Part shown: in pieces, positions 24,241-38,654 of the stretch
How positions within the stretch are numbered: the stretch's first letter is position 1
How the letters are laid out: the number at the start of each line of letters is the position of its first letter
NCBI RefSeq assembly: GCF_035084215.1
Contig: NC_090325.1
Coordinates: 190,154,001-190,218,000, forward strand
Direction: 5' to 3'
DNA: 64,000 bases
From: Heptranchias perlo
Taxonomy: Eukaryota
The notes under the pieces: generated by a model
What the model saw: only the letters and a program-made list of their open reading frames with translations
The model's database searches: none
Told to the model about the DNA's origin: nothing
Position numbers and translations under genes: made by a program

Positions 24241-26499
24241 GGACTGTAACTATGGTAGTAGAGCCTTACCTCAACATTTTACACTGTCACTTTTTTACCA
24301 TAGTGAATCTAGTATCGTCTCCATTCTGAAGCACACTCAACAATACAGATCCCAGCCTCCCTAAACTAATGTTCAAAATCATCCTACTAGTAGTGGATTT
24401 CATAACCATTGGCAGGACCTTAAATCAACCTTTGCTCCCTGTGAGTTTTTGGGTCTTTATAACGCTGTTTATCCTAGATTATTTTGGCAGTTGTGTGTAA
24501 GACTACTGTTATGGGTGACTCCTAGCTCTCTAATCCTTTGAGAGTCTATCTCTACCTGTTCCACAGTGTACCTGATCATGTCTATCTTATTTGCATAACC
24601 TTCAAATCTATTTCTGACCAGTTATTCATCCAGCTCTTTTTGAAGGCGTTAGTTGACTCCAAGTATTCACTGCTCTGCAGAGGGAAAAACATAATTGTAA
24701 TCGCAAGTCTTGTTAATTGTTAAAGACTTGAGGCTTGTTAATTTGATACTCCTGTCTTGTGCACTGTGGGTTTAAATTGAATAACCTACTTGTATCTACA
24801 CCTCTCTGTGTGTTTTTAAAAAACTAGATTATTTCTCTGCTCAATATTCAGTCTTTCAAACGAAGACAGCTTCAACTTTGTGAGATGCTGTTCATAACTT
24901 CATAGAGCCCCAACTCCTTGGCTCATCCAAGCTGCTCATCTCTGAATCCCCTCCAATCCACTGACATTTTGAAGATGAACTACTTAAACTTGCATGCAGT
25001 ACTCATACTGTGACTTCGCTAGTTTTCTGTACAAGATTCGAATCACTTGTTTTGATATGTAAACATTCCTTAGATGCACTTACCTTGGTTGAGATAAATT
25101 ATCTTTTATACAGAATTACATAAAATGTACAGCACAGAAACAGGCCATTTGGCCCAACTGGTCCATGACGGTGTTTATGCTCCACACAAGCCTCCTCCCA
25201 TTCCTCTTCATCAAACCCAATCAGCATAACAGAGTGATGATATTATTATACTGATGAGATATATCAGTTGATCTGTGCAACAACTCAAAACATGTCTTTC
25301 CTCATCCTATATACATTAATTATGAGTTTGGTTTGCAAAATGATTTCAGAACAAGCACTTTTGAACTTATTATAAGGTCAGTTTTGACAGGAAAAATATT
25401 TAGAAGTGTTTATTTTTACTTGAGAAAGGCTGGATAAGAGTGACAGGAGCACAGAGAGTGGAACATTTATATTTTCTAATACATTGTAAATGGTTGCAGC
25501 ACATGCCTTTTTTGTTTACACTAATAATTCAAAGATAATTGTTCACAGAATAGTCGTTTATGCAGCTGTGATTTTTTTTCAGGTCGCTGTTAAAATAACA
25601 CTTGCCCGAAATTTCTGTTCCTAAACCATTGACAAATCACAACTGAATATGTAGCATACATACCGGTCAGCAAATACTAAGCTTGGTATCAAAATCACAA
25701 AGTTCAAAGAACTATAAATCATACATGGGCCTTCGGCAGTAGTTACCAATAAAAGAGGCTGAACCAATGGATTCGATCCAAACTATTTTGTAAGCTATTT
25801 CAGTCACTATAATTTAACAACAACTTACACTGATATAGTGCCCTTTAATGTTGAAAAATGTCCCAAGGCACTCACATTAAATACTTACTACTGAAAAAGT
25901 TTCTAACAAAATAGATAAACTTACCAATGCCATGGGATTTTTTTTCTGTTTGAAATGCTTTTAACATTTTTTTCCCCTTGGAGGCCTGTTTGAGGACCTA
26001 AGAATTGAGTTCATGAAGAAAATCAAGCTGCCAGCATTCAGCTTCGATCTTGCACTGTGTGTGTATAACTTCTATACTTTTTTTGTGACTGACATCAAGG
26101 CTGGACATTCACAGAACATGCCGGGACTTGCAGTTTATCAGCCCCACTCCCTTTCAATGGAACATTACCGAGGACGAAAACCCCCTAGAGTAATTGACCC
26201 TGAATTACATCAGTGACCTAGGAAAATTGGATGAGGGAGTCATTCTGCCGGCTCTCCTGTCACCTGACATCACTTTGGGGATTTTCTGCTCGAAGTAATG
26301 GGAGACATATATGTTTGCCCAAATATGGGTGAGCATATTATAACAGGACGCATATGACATCATTATTTATTCCTGAGATTTGCAGCATCTCTGATGTCCA
26401 GCATTGCTAGGGGCCATGAGATGGGGGAGGGGGGATGGTTAAAAGTTAAATAACTGGTTTGTTCTAAATGCAACCCACCGTCAATATGTTTATGAACAA

Positions 26500-27455
26500 A
26501 TATCAAGTCCTGGATAAGCCATAACTTGCTCCAGCTAAGCATTGACGAGACCAAATCCATCATCTTTGGCCCCGGTTAATAAATAGAGTTAAGACACAGA
26601 TCAGCCATTGTCTAATTGAACGGCAGAACAGGCTTGAGGAGCTGAATGGCCTAATCCTGTTCCAATGTTGCTATCTTCCTATGGCTGCAAATTCCATAAC
26701 CTTGCCATTGACTCCATTACGCTCCCCGGCCACTGTCTGAGGCTAAGCAAGACTGTTTGCCAACTCAATGCCCTATTTGACCCCAATTTGAGTCTCCAAC
26801 CTCATATCCCCTTCATTACAAAGACTGCCTACTTCCATCTCTGTAACATCACCCGCCTCCACCCCTACCATAGCCCGACCGCAGCTGAAACCCATATCCA
26901 TACCTTTCACATCTCCAGATTCCACTATCCCAATATTCTCCTGGCCTCCATCCTCCAGGTCCATAAAGTTCAGCGCAAATAAAGCCGTCCATATTCTATC
27001 CTGCACTAAATCCCACTCGTCCATCGTTGCTGTCCCCACTGACCTGCACTGGCGTTTGATCCTCCAAAGCCTCAAAGTTAAAATTTCTCATTCTTGTTTT
27101 TAAATCCCTTCATGGTTACACCCCACCTCTGTAACCTCTTCCAGCACCGTACAACCCCTGCTCTCCCGAACTCTGCCGTTCATCTGACCCCAGTCTCTTG
27201 TGCATACCCCTCCTCTTCAGCTCACCATTGGCGACTGTGCTTCCAGTCCCTTAGGTCCCACTCTCTGGAATTCCCTCTCCGAGCCCCTCTGCCTCTCAAC
27301 CTCCCTTTTTTCCCTTAAGGCCCCCAGTAAAACCCACCTCTTGGATCAAGCTTTTGGTTCCTTGGCCTGATGTCTACTCCTTTGCCTCGTTGTCGATTTT
27401 CTTCATGCTTCTGAAGCACTATGGGATATTTTTCTGTGTTAAATGTAGTTGATGT
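26500..27455 (+). mobile_element. L2 LINE 3' region with a nested CR1 tail (26575-26665)
   Basis: ORF 26665-26982 HIPFITKTAYFHLCNITRLHP is L2 ORF2-like; aacaggcttgaggagctgaatggcctaatcctgttcc is a CR1 tail. Confidence 0.8.
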
Positions 27456-28039
27456 TCGTTCTTCTGTCTGTGTCAGATCCAGAGCCCACTTTGTTGCTGT
27501 ATGCCTACTTATGAATTTCAGGTCATTTTCATAATTTACCAACTCAAATGATCTTCCCTTAGGAAAAACATCATAAGGAGTCTATTAGTAAGTTGATTAT
27601 TTTTCATGATTATTTAATTTCTTAATCATATGAAAGCAATTCCACGAACGTATAAGATGGTTGGCATACTTTGAAGTGTCTGCAGGGGTTTTAATTTTTT
27701 TTTAAACGCTCAGCCACAGAGGAATATTGTCTCTCTAGTTCTAGGGCTCTGTGTGGGCATCGTGTATATTTAGTATTTGTGGGAACCAGGTCACAGATCT
27801 GAACTGAAGTAAAGTCGATGAAGAATCCAGCTTTAGGGGCAACTGACCGTTCAGTTTAGTGAGATGCAATATTGAGTCACAGGAGCCATATAAGATCAAT
27901 TCTGATAAGACCAGATTCCTTGAATGATGAACTTTAATATAGCCTCAGTCCATCATTCCTCGTTTCGTTCCGTCCTTAATCATTTTTCAAATAGGACTTT
28001 TGTGATTTTCATCTTTCCCCCTTAACATTATTCTACTTT

Positions 28040-28270
28040 AGCAAATGATACACACCTCAGGCATGCTAGGATAAAGCTCCATCTGCTGTGCCCGATGAAT
28101 GTTGCTTCGTCCCACATTTCAAGTGAGCATTCCCTGCTGCAGTGGAAAGCTCTCCGTTCCACGTACTGGCCATTCTTGTGACCTCTCTATGTGATACTGC
28201 CAATTAGTGCACAATAATGGAGGACAGTTTGTGCTCTGAATTCACAGCCACGAGAATCTGGGTTGAAACG
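28040..28270 (-). mobile_element. LF-SINE-like ancient SINE fragment
   Basis: Minus strand gcactaattggcagtatcacatagagaggtc resembles the recalled LF-SINE core GCACTAATTGGCAGTCTCAGCAGAGAGGCC. Confidence 0.45.
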
Positions 28271-28489
28271 TTTGAAAGTTGTTTTACTCTGGGACCCATA
28301 CAGCGATGGAGAGAGAAGAATTTCATCTCGATAGTCTGAGCCAATTGCTAATGTTCCAGCACTTACATGCCCCTGGCACCAGCTGTTGGATGCTTGGTCA
28401 GACTGGGCACTGTCATGTGCAGCCTCAGTGTTCTATTCAATCTGAGCTGATTTACCCTATGTCCAAGGTGTAGTTGAGACTATCACCTT

Positions 28490-29175
28490 CACCATATTGC
28501 TCACTTACGTACCACCTCACCCCCTCCCTTGCTGAAACTTCAGTGCCTTCAGTTCTTAATTTTTATAAGTTTTATCCAGTCCAGAATTCCTCAGCTCAAG
28601 CCGTCTCCTGCACACACCCACTCTCCCTTCCCAGCTGCATGAACTCCCTGTCACCCAGCCTTCAAGATCCTTGTCCTCATTGTCAAATTCCTCAGAGCCT
28701 TGCTTCCATTTAGCTAATTGTCTTCAGCCATATGTCCTCGCTAACACTTTTGATTCCGGATTACTTCTTGGAAGAGAGCTGCCGCAGGGTTCTCCGCATC
28801 TCTCGTCATTAACGTCGGCAGGAACCCTGGAGAAAAAGCCATTGTTAGCCATTCACGCCATGTCTGCGAGGGTTCTACCAATCTCCCGCCTGGGAACCCC
28901 CAAGAAAATTCCAAACGCTTGTTCCCAGTCCCTCCACTTCATCACCAGAGGCCAGTCTTTCGGCCATTATGCCCCTGCCCTTTAGAAATTTATTCCAAAA
29001 CCACTTTGCCTTCCTACCCCTCTCTATCAACTTTTAAAAGCCTCCTAAAATTTATCTCTTCAAACCTACCTTCGGACTCCTCCCCTCTCCCAAATTGCTT
29101 ACTCCCTGCTCGATCATCCCCTCCCCTGCTCTTTATAAAATATCTTTCACATGAGGAGCACTATATAAATTTAAG
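28490..29175 (+). mobile_element. Degraded L2 fragment interrupted by a GC-rich palindromic insert (~28770-28910)
   Basis: L2-type tail gcactatataaatttaagt; insert has gggttc / gaaccc inverted motifs. Confidence 0.5.
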
Positions 29176-30689
29176 TCATCCATTTCAATGTTTTAACCAC
29201 CTGTGTCACTCAGTCACCTTCACCCCAATACGAAATTCTAAATACTACCGGGCCAAACATGTTACATTTGAACTAACACGTACATCTCGGACATTGGTCA
29301 CTGGATAATTCTGAATTTATGTCTCATTTTAGAATCTTAAGCAAAATAAATCAAGTGTTTGAGATAATTCCAGTGACGAGTTATAATTCACTTGGCACTC
29401 CATTCCTACCTAAGTCATAACATCCATTAAACTACACCAGGTCACAATGATATATGAATATAATATTAAAATTAATGTATAGGCATGATTTAAGTTTGAA
29501 GGAACATTCTGGTTCAAAATTAACTAAACAGGACTTACTAGTGATTGTAATGAGTCATAAGAATGTGAGGAAAAAGCCACATGTCCCATGGAACCTCATC
29601 CACCTTGAACCATAACTCCCACTGTAACATCAAGCATCCCTAGACTTTTTACCTCTACCTTTCCCAGCAGATTTTAACCAAAATATGTATTGTGTTTAGA
29701 GTAAAGATGTTCCGAATATTGGTTTTAAGTGTATTTTTCACTGATTCAACCATACGTCTTCTGAACCTACTTGCCAAGCTGAGTTTGAAGAAAGATTATG
29801 AATTCAGCTCTTCTATACTATGTAAATTTTATATATTTCGATGTGCATCCCACTTAAATCTGTCAAGTCTCTGCTGCGGGTCACTGTTGTGATCTCTTCA
29901 TTCTAACAGCCAGTGACATAATCAGCTCTTTGGAAATCACGTTAGTGCCTGCACTAGTCAGACTGTTAATTGCCTCAAACGTCAAATTTGTGAGTATATT
30001 TATATTTTCTTACACTCAAGACTGCTACGACTTCAATACAATTTTTCTTTGAAGCAAACAATTAAAAATAAAATGGGATGATGGGCCCATCCCTAGTTGT
30101 CGTTGAGAAGGTCATGGTGGCCGCCTTCTTGAACTGCTGCAATCCGTGTGGTGCAGCTGCTCCCACAATGATGTGTCATTCAGTACAATCAAACTGAGGT
30201 TTTACCTCTAGTTTTATGATGTTATTGGCCATTGTACGTAGCCATTCTATACCATAGTGCTCTCAGCATCATTGTATCTACATTTCCAGAAGAGTGTTCA
30301 TGTTTGTGACTTACCTTCTTGCCACACCATGTAAGGGTCCTTTGGAAAATTATGCCTGGCTCCACTTTCTTTCTCATCTTCATCAGTGATTTGGTGCATA
30401 TCGTGAAAAGATCTGCTGTTCTCTTTTCTGATGGCACCTACTGATTAACTCCACATTCATCTCAGAACTTTTATATTATGATTATGCATTACAAAATACT
30501 TGTTTTACCCCTCTGTTTCTTCACATTTTTGAGGATGACAAAATTGAGCAGTATTTCAAACATGAACACTGTCCCCACGTGTCACAATGGCTGGTGATAT
30601 ATGCACATATGTACAGGTAATTGATGGTTCTATTCTTGCAGTCAACATCTTAGTTAGCTGTGGCTGCTTAAGCCTAGCCATCGATGTCA

Positions 30690-31030
30690 AACATAGAAAC
30701 ATAGAAAATCGGAGCAAGAGTAGGCCATTCGGCCCTTCAGGCCTGCTCTGCCATTCAAAATGATCATGGCTGATCGTAGGATCAGAGAATCATGCAGCAC
30801 AGAAGGAGGTAATTCTGTCCATTGTGTCTGTGCCGGCTCTATGAAAGAGCTATCTAATTAATTCTGCTTCCCTGCGCTTTCCCCATAGCCCTGAAAAAGT
30901 TTTCCTGTTCAAGTATTTATCCAATTCCCTTTTGAAAGTTACCATTGAATCTGCTTCCACCATCCTTTCATGCAGTGCATTCCAGATCATAACAACTCGC
31001 CTTATAAAAAAAATAATTCTCCTCATCTCC
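30690..31030 (-). mobile_element. Two adjacent CR1 3' tails
   Basis: aacatagaaacatagaaaatcggagcaagagtaggcc and gcagcacagaaggagg...ccagatcataacaactcgc. Confidence 0.8.
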
Positions 31031-31077
31031 CCACCTAATATTGCAATTTTGCTATCATTTCAATATTATTCCATAAA

Positions 31078-31760
31078 TGACAACAATAACTTGCATTTAT
31101 ATAGCACCTTTAATATTATAAAACATCCCAAGGTGCTCCACACGAGCATTATCAAACAAAGTTTGACACCGAGCCACATAAGGAGATTTTAGGACAGAGT
31201 CAGCGAGGTAGGTTTTAAGGAGCATCTTAAAGGAGCAGCGAGAGGTAGAGAGGTGGAGAGGTTTAGGGAAGAATTCCAGAGATTAGGGCCTAAGCAGCTG
31301 AAGGCACTGCTGCCAATGGTGGAGCGATGAAAATCGGGGATGTGCAAGAGGCCAGAATTGGAAGAGCGCAGAGATCTTGGAGGTTTGTCGGACTGGAGGA
31401 GGTTACAGAGATAGGGAGGGGTGAGGCCATGGAGGGATTTGAAAACAAGGAGGAGAATTTTAAAATTGAGGCGTTGACGGAGCAGGAGCCAATATAGGTC
31501 AGCGAGCACAGAGATGATGGGTAAATGGGACTTGGTGCGAGTTAGGATACAGGCAGCAGAGTTTTGGATGAGCTCTAGTTTACAGAGGGTGCAAGGTGGG
31601 AGGCATTAAAGCTTTGGAATAGTCGAGTCTGGAGGTAACAAAGGCATGGATGATGGTTTCAGCAGCAGATGGGCTTAGGCAGGGGCCGAGATCGCGATGT
31701 TAGGGAGGTGGAAGTAGGCGGTCTTGGTAATGGAGAGGATATGGGGTTGGAAGCTCAGCT
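31078..31760 (-). mobile_element. L2 LINE 3' region
   Basis: ORF 31189-31509 LADLYWLLLRQRLNFKILLLVFKSLHGLTPPYL is the typical L2 ORF2 C-terminus. Confidence 0.92.
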
Positions 31761-32181
31761 CTAGTCAGTTGTGAATGACATCTACCCAGATGAGCCAGTT
31801 GCAATTTTAAGATGGTGCTGCTACTGTTCTTGCTTGTACATTTCTGGAAACATTCGATATTTTAATAATTGATGCATCAACACTGCCTATTGTCAAATGG
31901 GCTCCTCGGAGACATCAGTAGGATCTCGGTCCTTTTATCAAACCTGTATATAATGGCCAGCAGAAAGCCCTGTACAAGAGTGGTTTCTACAGTAATAATC
32001 CATTTCCACTGTGTTTTATTTAAAGAAATGTGTAATCTTGTAGATAAAATTACGGTGAGATGCAACTTTGGATCTTGGAGCATATGGGCTATGTCACAAC
32101 TGGCCTGACATTAGGGAATAATGTACTGTAAACCACAATACAATAAACAAGCTTTCATTCCTGCAGGAACCCAAGCTCATT

Positions 32182-32185
<4 letters not shown>

Positions 32186-32215
<30 letters not shown>
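32186..32215. repeat. (TA)15 microsatellite
   Basis: Direct reading. Confidence 0.95.
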
Positions 32216-32218
<3 letters not shown>

Positions 32219-33132
32219 TTTTACACATCATTCTGTCAAACTGGAAGAATCCTATTAATTTACCTGTTACGCAGGCAGGGGATGACAGGAATCAGATCAG
32301 TTATTGTTCCTCCGGTGTCCTTGGGGTAAAGTGTCTTCCAAAGCACTTTGTTGTTTGGGAACAAGAATAAGAAAAGTGCAATGACATTGCCAGTGCTGTC
32401 TGCCAGTTATTTGTCTTTATCTTGGTTTTACTAAAAAGTCCAGCATAATTTTTGTTTTAAAAGAATAAAGCCAATTTGCTGTGGTAGGAAGTATTTTACC
32501 TGCAAATGAATAAAATCACCATGACTGGGATGTGATGGGAGGGTGTAAAGTTTTCACTGTGAGCTGCTCTTGTCAAACTCTGTGAAATGATTTAGTATAT
32601 CTGTCCGGCACCAAAGTTCAAATGTGATAATATTCAACAAGACAATGTTTAATGAAGGGGGCAGGTGTATCATTCTGTTTGTTGTATTACTGATAAGGAA
32701 TGGATGTTTTTACTTATAAGTTTATAAATTATCCCACAAGATTATAGGCTTTCATAGGAATTAAGCATATGGTAATAACTATTCTTGCCAATAATCACAC
32801 ATATACAATAATAACTATAATTAATAATACTTAGGGTCACACTTACGGTACAAAGAACCAGAAAATTCACCGTGACACAGGTTTCGAGCTCGAGGGGATC
32901 AGCTGGCCTAGCCTTGTCGAATTCTCAAGTATCTGTTTTAACAACCCCTCTTTTAATACCTTTCACTCTGGCTGCGTGAGAATCTGCATGTTTCAAAAGT
33001 ATCGCCTCATCCAGTTAGCTGCAATAACTTCAGTATTAATGAGAATCACTCCCCAAGCCTTCACCTTGACTGAAATGTCAATCAAGTCATTCAACTGGAG
33101 ACAGTTGCAGAGAACAAAGGCCCTCTACAGGG

Positions 33133-33625
33133 AACAACAACAACTTGGATTTATATAGCACCTTGAACGTAGTAAAACGTCCCAAGGCGCTTCACAGGAG
33201 CGATTATCACATAAAATTTCACACTGAGCCACATAAGGAGGTATTAGGACAGATGACCAAAAGCTTGGTCAAAGAGGTGGGTTTTAAGGAGCATCTTAAA
33301 AGAGGAGAGAGAGGTGAAGAGGTGGAGAGGTTTAGGGAGGGCATTCCAGAGCTCAGGGCCTAAGCAGCTGAAGGCACGGCCACCAATGGTGGAGCGATTA
33401 AAATTGGTGATGCGCAAGAGGCAAGAATTGGAGGAGCACAGAGATCTCAGAGGGTTTTAGGACTGGAGGAGGTTACAGAGATAAGGAGGAACAAGGCCAT
33501 GGAGGGATTTGAAAACAAGGATGAGAATTTTAAAATTGAGGCATTCCCGAACCGGGAGCCAATGTAGGTCAGCGAGCACAGGGTTGATGGGAGAACGGGA
33601 CTTGGTGCGAGTTCAGATACAGGCA
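33133..33625 (-). mobile_element. L2 LINE 3' region
   Basis: Closely similar to 31078-31560. Confidence 0.9.
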
Positions 33626-34593
33626 GTTACACAGTATGAAGTTACGCAGCTGTCTTCTGAGGGGTCACAAAACAATTTGTGGCCTCTCCTTGTCAGCAGA
33701 ACACTGTCTGATTGGAATTCCTTTTAATTTAAACAGTCCTTTTAACAGAAATTTACTTAACAGGAAAAAGCTAAAAGTTAATATTTAAGTATTAATCGCT
33801 TCCTTACATTAGGGTGTTGTCCATTCGACCATGTCCGTTGATCTTTAACAGCGCTGCCCTTGGTGAAGACGGTGTAAAAACCTAAGTATACTGACAGCAT
33901 CGTGTCTGAATCTGTAATTGTTTCAGCTAACACTTCAGAGATCATTGGAATGAAGCTTTTGGCACAATAATTAAATGAGGCCCTAGAGTATCTGCAGTAG
34001 AAAATCTATCCCATTGTCTTTTGGATGATTGATTGATGGTTGAAAAATTAAAGCCAATGTGAATGAAATACAAGAAGATATAAAAGTTACAAAAAGGCTA
34101 GGCCTATGTTTGGATTTCGTTAGGTCCAAACGCTACAGAAGTAAACCTTTAAAATGTTGGGGGTGAGGATTATGTAGATGTAAGCAGGCTATTTGATCTA
34201 GACTGGGAGCATAGAAATCTAGGACACAGGTTTAAAATTAACAAGCCTCAAGTGAGACTGGAGATTAAACTGAGTTGTGAAGATGTTGAATTGTCACAGT
34301 GAGAGCAGCTGAGATGGTGCCATATAAATCCTTCAAAAATAAATTGGATAAATATCTGTTTGGGAATAGAATTAGAATAGATTGAGATGATCAAACACTC
34401 CATGGGACATGATGGCACTTTGCTGGCTGAGGGAAGAGGAGAGTGGTTATCTGTGGAGGCCAGGAATGGACGAATTGATTTCATTTGGAGATGATGGAAG
34501 TATTCATGCAAAACTCTCAATAGATTAAATGGGTGAGATAAAGTCATGAGATAAAGTAGGTTGAAAATGGTCTGCTGAAGGAGTGGGCTTCAT

Positions 34594-35312
34594 GGGCCAG
34601 AATTTGCTGTCAAAATTACGGTGAAGCTAATGGCGCTCGCTGTTATTTCTGGGTAAATGGTACAGCAACTTCAGGCGAGGGGCAGATGCACGGTTAAACG
34701 TGAATATCCAAAAGTTGCCGTTCGAGTTGGGTGGCTCCGCCGTTAGCTTTGCGAAAATAGCATCTCGTCCTTAGCCTCCCCATGTTTTTTTTGAGAACTT
34801 GCCGCATTTGCCCATTAATTGCCCAGAAAGTTAAGTGTTGTCATAACAAGCGTAAGTACCCTTTTAATGACGGTGATATGTGTTAATAACCACCAATCCA
34901 CCTCTCTCGCCCTGAAAATTAACTATTCTAAGTTTGTAGTCTCATTCCTTCAGGTTTTTGAATTTTTCGGGAGATTTAAAAATTTTTCCTTTCAGTCCCT
35001 TTTTTTTTCTCTCTCTCTTAATCCAATCTTTCCCTCTCTTTATTTCTCTTTCTGTCCCTGATTTGATATTGAATTAATCCCCTTTAATTCACCCTCCTTC
35101 TCAGTCCTTCCTGTAGTTTATTTCCCAATCCTTAAATCTGATCGGTTAGGGAGATATACAGTTGGTTGCCCTGTTCACTCAGGTCCCAGATGCCCTGTTT
35201 CCTTCGCTGCCCCGTTATCACACTTTCAGCAATTTTGTGGGCAAAATTGTTTTGAGCCGGAGGGTGCAGGGGCGAGTCTAACTAGGTGCCCTTCTATAGC
35301 AAATTCTGGCCC
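34594..35312. mobile_element. MITE family A copy (719 bp)
   Basis: Perfect TIR GGGCCAGAATTTGCT / AGCAAATTCTGGCCC. Confidence 0.85.
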
Positions 35313-36903
35313 ATTGAATTTCTCTCATTCCATGCTTTCTTGTGTTGTAGAACTGAGCTTGGAAAGTTCCTATTTCCTCAAAGGTGTCAAAGACCAAGTG
35401 GCTTTGATTGGCTTTATTTCATGTTTACCAACCCACACGTGCAAATTGTGCCCTTTTGTTTTAATGTTTTCTGCTGATCGAGCAGATCTTCTTGCAGTTA
35501 GGACAGCAAACAACAAATAAGACATTTTAAGGACATGAATACTCTTGAGTGTCTGATTAACAGACGAATTATCCATTTGTTTTTGACTTGATCTAATCAT
35601 CAAATAAAATTAGCTGAGATTTCCCATCTCTTTCTTAAAATAACCTTGTTTTTTATTATTTGGTTTAAAAGATGTGAGTGTTGCTTTAAACAAATGATTG
35701 ATTAATAAGATGCCCTGCACATTCCTGACAATGGTAGCAGTGCTGAAAAACAGTTCCGTTCTGTCTAAGAAGGATCGAGTATTGCAGTCTGATATTCTTT
35801 CTGCCCTAGCCTGGGTGTCTACACTGCACGTTTAACTATTCTGTGTAGTTTCTTTAGGGGCCAAGTAAATCAGAAATGCATTTATTCCTGTTTAAAGGCC
35901 TGTTCCCATGTAAATCACTGCGAGGCTTTCTTAGGAGAAAAAAAAAAGAACCTGTCAGTAGGTTTTTATTCATCGCAAAATAGTCATAATTTATTCAGTT
36001 GTACACTCTTGCTATTGCACGGCATTAAATGCAAAGATTGAATAATTTATTGGTTAAAAGATTTATAGTGAGGTTAAAAGATTTATAGTGAATTAGAGAC
36101 CCCAGCAGTTGTCCTCGTAGTGTATAAGATGCAGACTGTAAAGAGTAAATCATTTGATATGTGTATATGCAAAGATAGGATCAAAATAATAACACAAGGC
36201 ATAATTCAATTTCTGGCAACCTTATACAAGCAGTCTATTAATGCTGTACTTTTTCCCGATGCCTGTCATTTAGTCAGTAATGTTAACATTTAACAGTCAA
36301 TACTGCGACCAAACATTATTCTAAATCAATTGTGAATGTTTTTGAAAAGAGTATTTTTTGGTATGTTGCAAGTCATTGGAAACATTTTTGATAAGGAAAG
36401 CTAACTCTGACACTTTGAATAAGATGTCCATGGGGAGATAAGCATTCAAACCTCCCCGCTGAAAGGACAGATTCAGACTGGACTACAGGGCGATCTTGTC
36501 CATATGGCTCAACGAAAAGATCTAATTTCCCAGGCTCAGTTCCTGAACATATCCAGTCCGAGCATCTTGATTCCGACTGTTCACTTCATCTTCATTCATG
36601 AATCCCTGGTACTGCAGATTTTAAGCTCTTTAGAATTTAGTCCATTTGTCTACCTAATTAAATTCTTTACAGTCATTCCAAGCCCAATTCACAGTAAGAC
36701 CCAATCATATCTCCAGTCTTTGTGTAGCTTGTGTAGCCCTAAGCTGGCCCCAATTCCAGATCTACCGTGCAATTGATCAAGATTGAGCAGGATTGGCCAA
36801 GTGAGTGAATTATGTTCCAAATCCCCTTCCTGACCTGCTCCAGAGTGTAAGTCTCATCTGTAACCACTGCCAGTTTATACAATACTGTTGTCTAAAAGCC
36901 TAT

Positions 36904-37618
36904 GGGCTAGATTTTGCTGGAGCTTGCCCTGTTAATTAGACTTGTTCGTGCACATTTATGTTTTAAAGTTTTTTGCCCATAAAGTTGCTGGAAGTGCGAG
37001 CTGATAACGCTGAGGGCAACAGAGCCTCTGGGACCTTGGTCAACAATGAGACGCATGAGATTTAAGGATTGAGAAATAATCAAGAGGAAGGAGTGTGAAT
37101 TTAATGTCAAATCAGGTACAGAAAGAGAAATAAAGAGAGGGAAAGAAAGATTGGTATAAGAGAGAGAGAAAAAAAAAAGAGACTGAAAGGGAATGTAAGA
37201 AAAAAAATTGAAAATTTATAATTTGACATTTTTGAAATCTCCTGAAACAATTCACAACCTGAAGGAATGAACCTGCACACTTATAATTGTTCACCTTCTG
37301 GGCAAGAGAGGTTGATTGGCAGTCATTAACAATTATCATGTCATTAAAATGGTAATTATGCAGATAATTACTAGACTTAACGATCTGTGGCGAGTTTAAT
37401 GGGCAATTAATGTGCAACTTCATGAAAATCACGGGGGAGGTTAAGCGCAAGATGCTATTTTTGCGAAGCTAACGGCAGAGCGCAAGTTGTCTAGCAACTT
37501 GTGGCAATTTGCAAATCATGGGGTATCTCTTCCTCGCTATAACTTGCTGGCAAATTTGTGCATTAATAACGGCGTGCATCACTCAGACACAGTCATTATT
37601 CCAGCAAAAATTTGGCCC
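36904..37618. mobile_element. MITE family A copy (715 bp), reverse orientation
   Basis: Termini gggctagattttgctgg / ccagcaaaaatttggccc; 3-bp TSD TAT (36901-36903 / 37619-37621). Confidence 0.8.
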
Positions 37619-37859
37619 TATATGTAAAATATTGACACACACCTATCACCCTTGCACATATGACGTATCACAAACTTGGACCTTACCATCCCCCCAGAAA
37701 AAAAATGACTACTTTGCATTTAGGCTGCACTCCAAAATTATTTTTTTGCTTTAAAAAAAAATGTGGGCTATATGCTAGTTAATTTGGCACAATATATCCA
37801 GTATCCATTATGCACACCTGTACGCATGCACTCAGATTTCTAAAAGAAAACATTGTCAC

Positions 37860-38268
37860 TAACCACAGCAAATTGGCTGCCATGTTTCCAACATTACAAC
37901 AGTTACTACACTTCATAAGTGCTTCATTGGCTGTAAACGCGTTGGGAAGTCTTGCGGTCGTGAAAGGCGCTATATGAATGCAAATTCTTTCTTCAATTGT
38001 GTTGGTTAAGGGACAAATATTGGCCAGGACACTGGGAGAACTCCCCTGCTCTACTTCGAAATGATGCCATAGGATGTTCTTCGTCCACCTGAGAGAACAG
38101 ATAAGACCTTGGTTTAATGTCTCGTCCGAAAGACAGCACCTGCGACAGACCTGCAGTGCTGCATTGGAGTGTCAACCTAAATTCGATACTCAAGCCTTGG
38201 GTGGGGCTTGCAACCATGACCTTCGAACTCAGAGGCAAGAGTGCTGCTACCGAGCCACAGCTGACACT
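37860..38268. mobile_element. Two DeuSINE pieces in opposite orientation (+ 3' tail 37860-37993; - 5' half 37995-38268)
   Basis: caaattggctgcc...aaaggcgctatatgaatgc, then aaatattggccaggacactgggagaactcccctgc. Confidence 0.75.
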
Positions 38269-38654
38269 ATTTTTAAACAGTCTCTGTGCACTCCATTAAT
38301 CTGGAGCAGCTTGCTCAGCAACCATATTACTGCATATTACTGTAATAAGATTTGAAGGCATTATCTGGATAAAAGAAAATTTCAGTTATAGGACCACGCC
38401 ATTTATTTATAATAGATTCCAATGTAGACTTAAAAGCCCTTTCTGTACAGATTGCACCTTGCAATGAAAACAATAACAGTCATTTCACATAATGCAAAAT
38501 ACTTTTTTATTGCATTTTAACTGCAGAGATTTGTTTTTACTGAATGTTCGTGCTGGGGTAAGTTCTTACATGTAAGGGTCGATAGTCTGAGGACTTGCTG
38601 ATGGCAGGGAGCCTACTCTGGTGTATCCAGCAAATGTGGGTGCTCTGCTTAAGA

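Noticed and set aside
36052-36091. 20-bp direct tandem duplication ggttaaaagatttatagtga x2
   Set aside because: Ordinary micro-duplication with no further structure.
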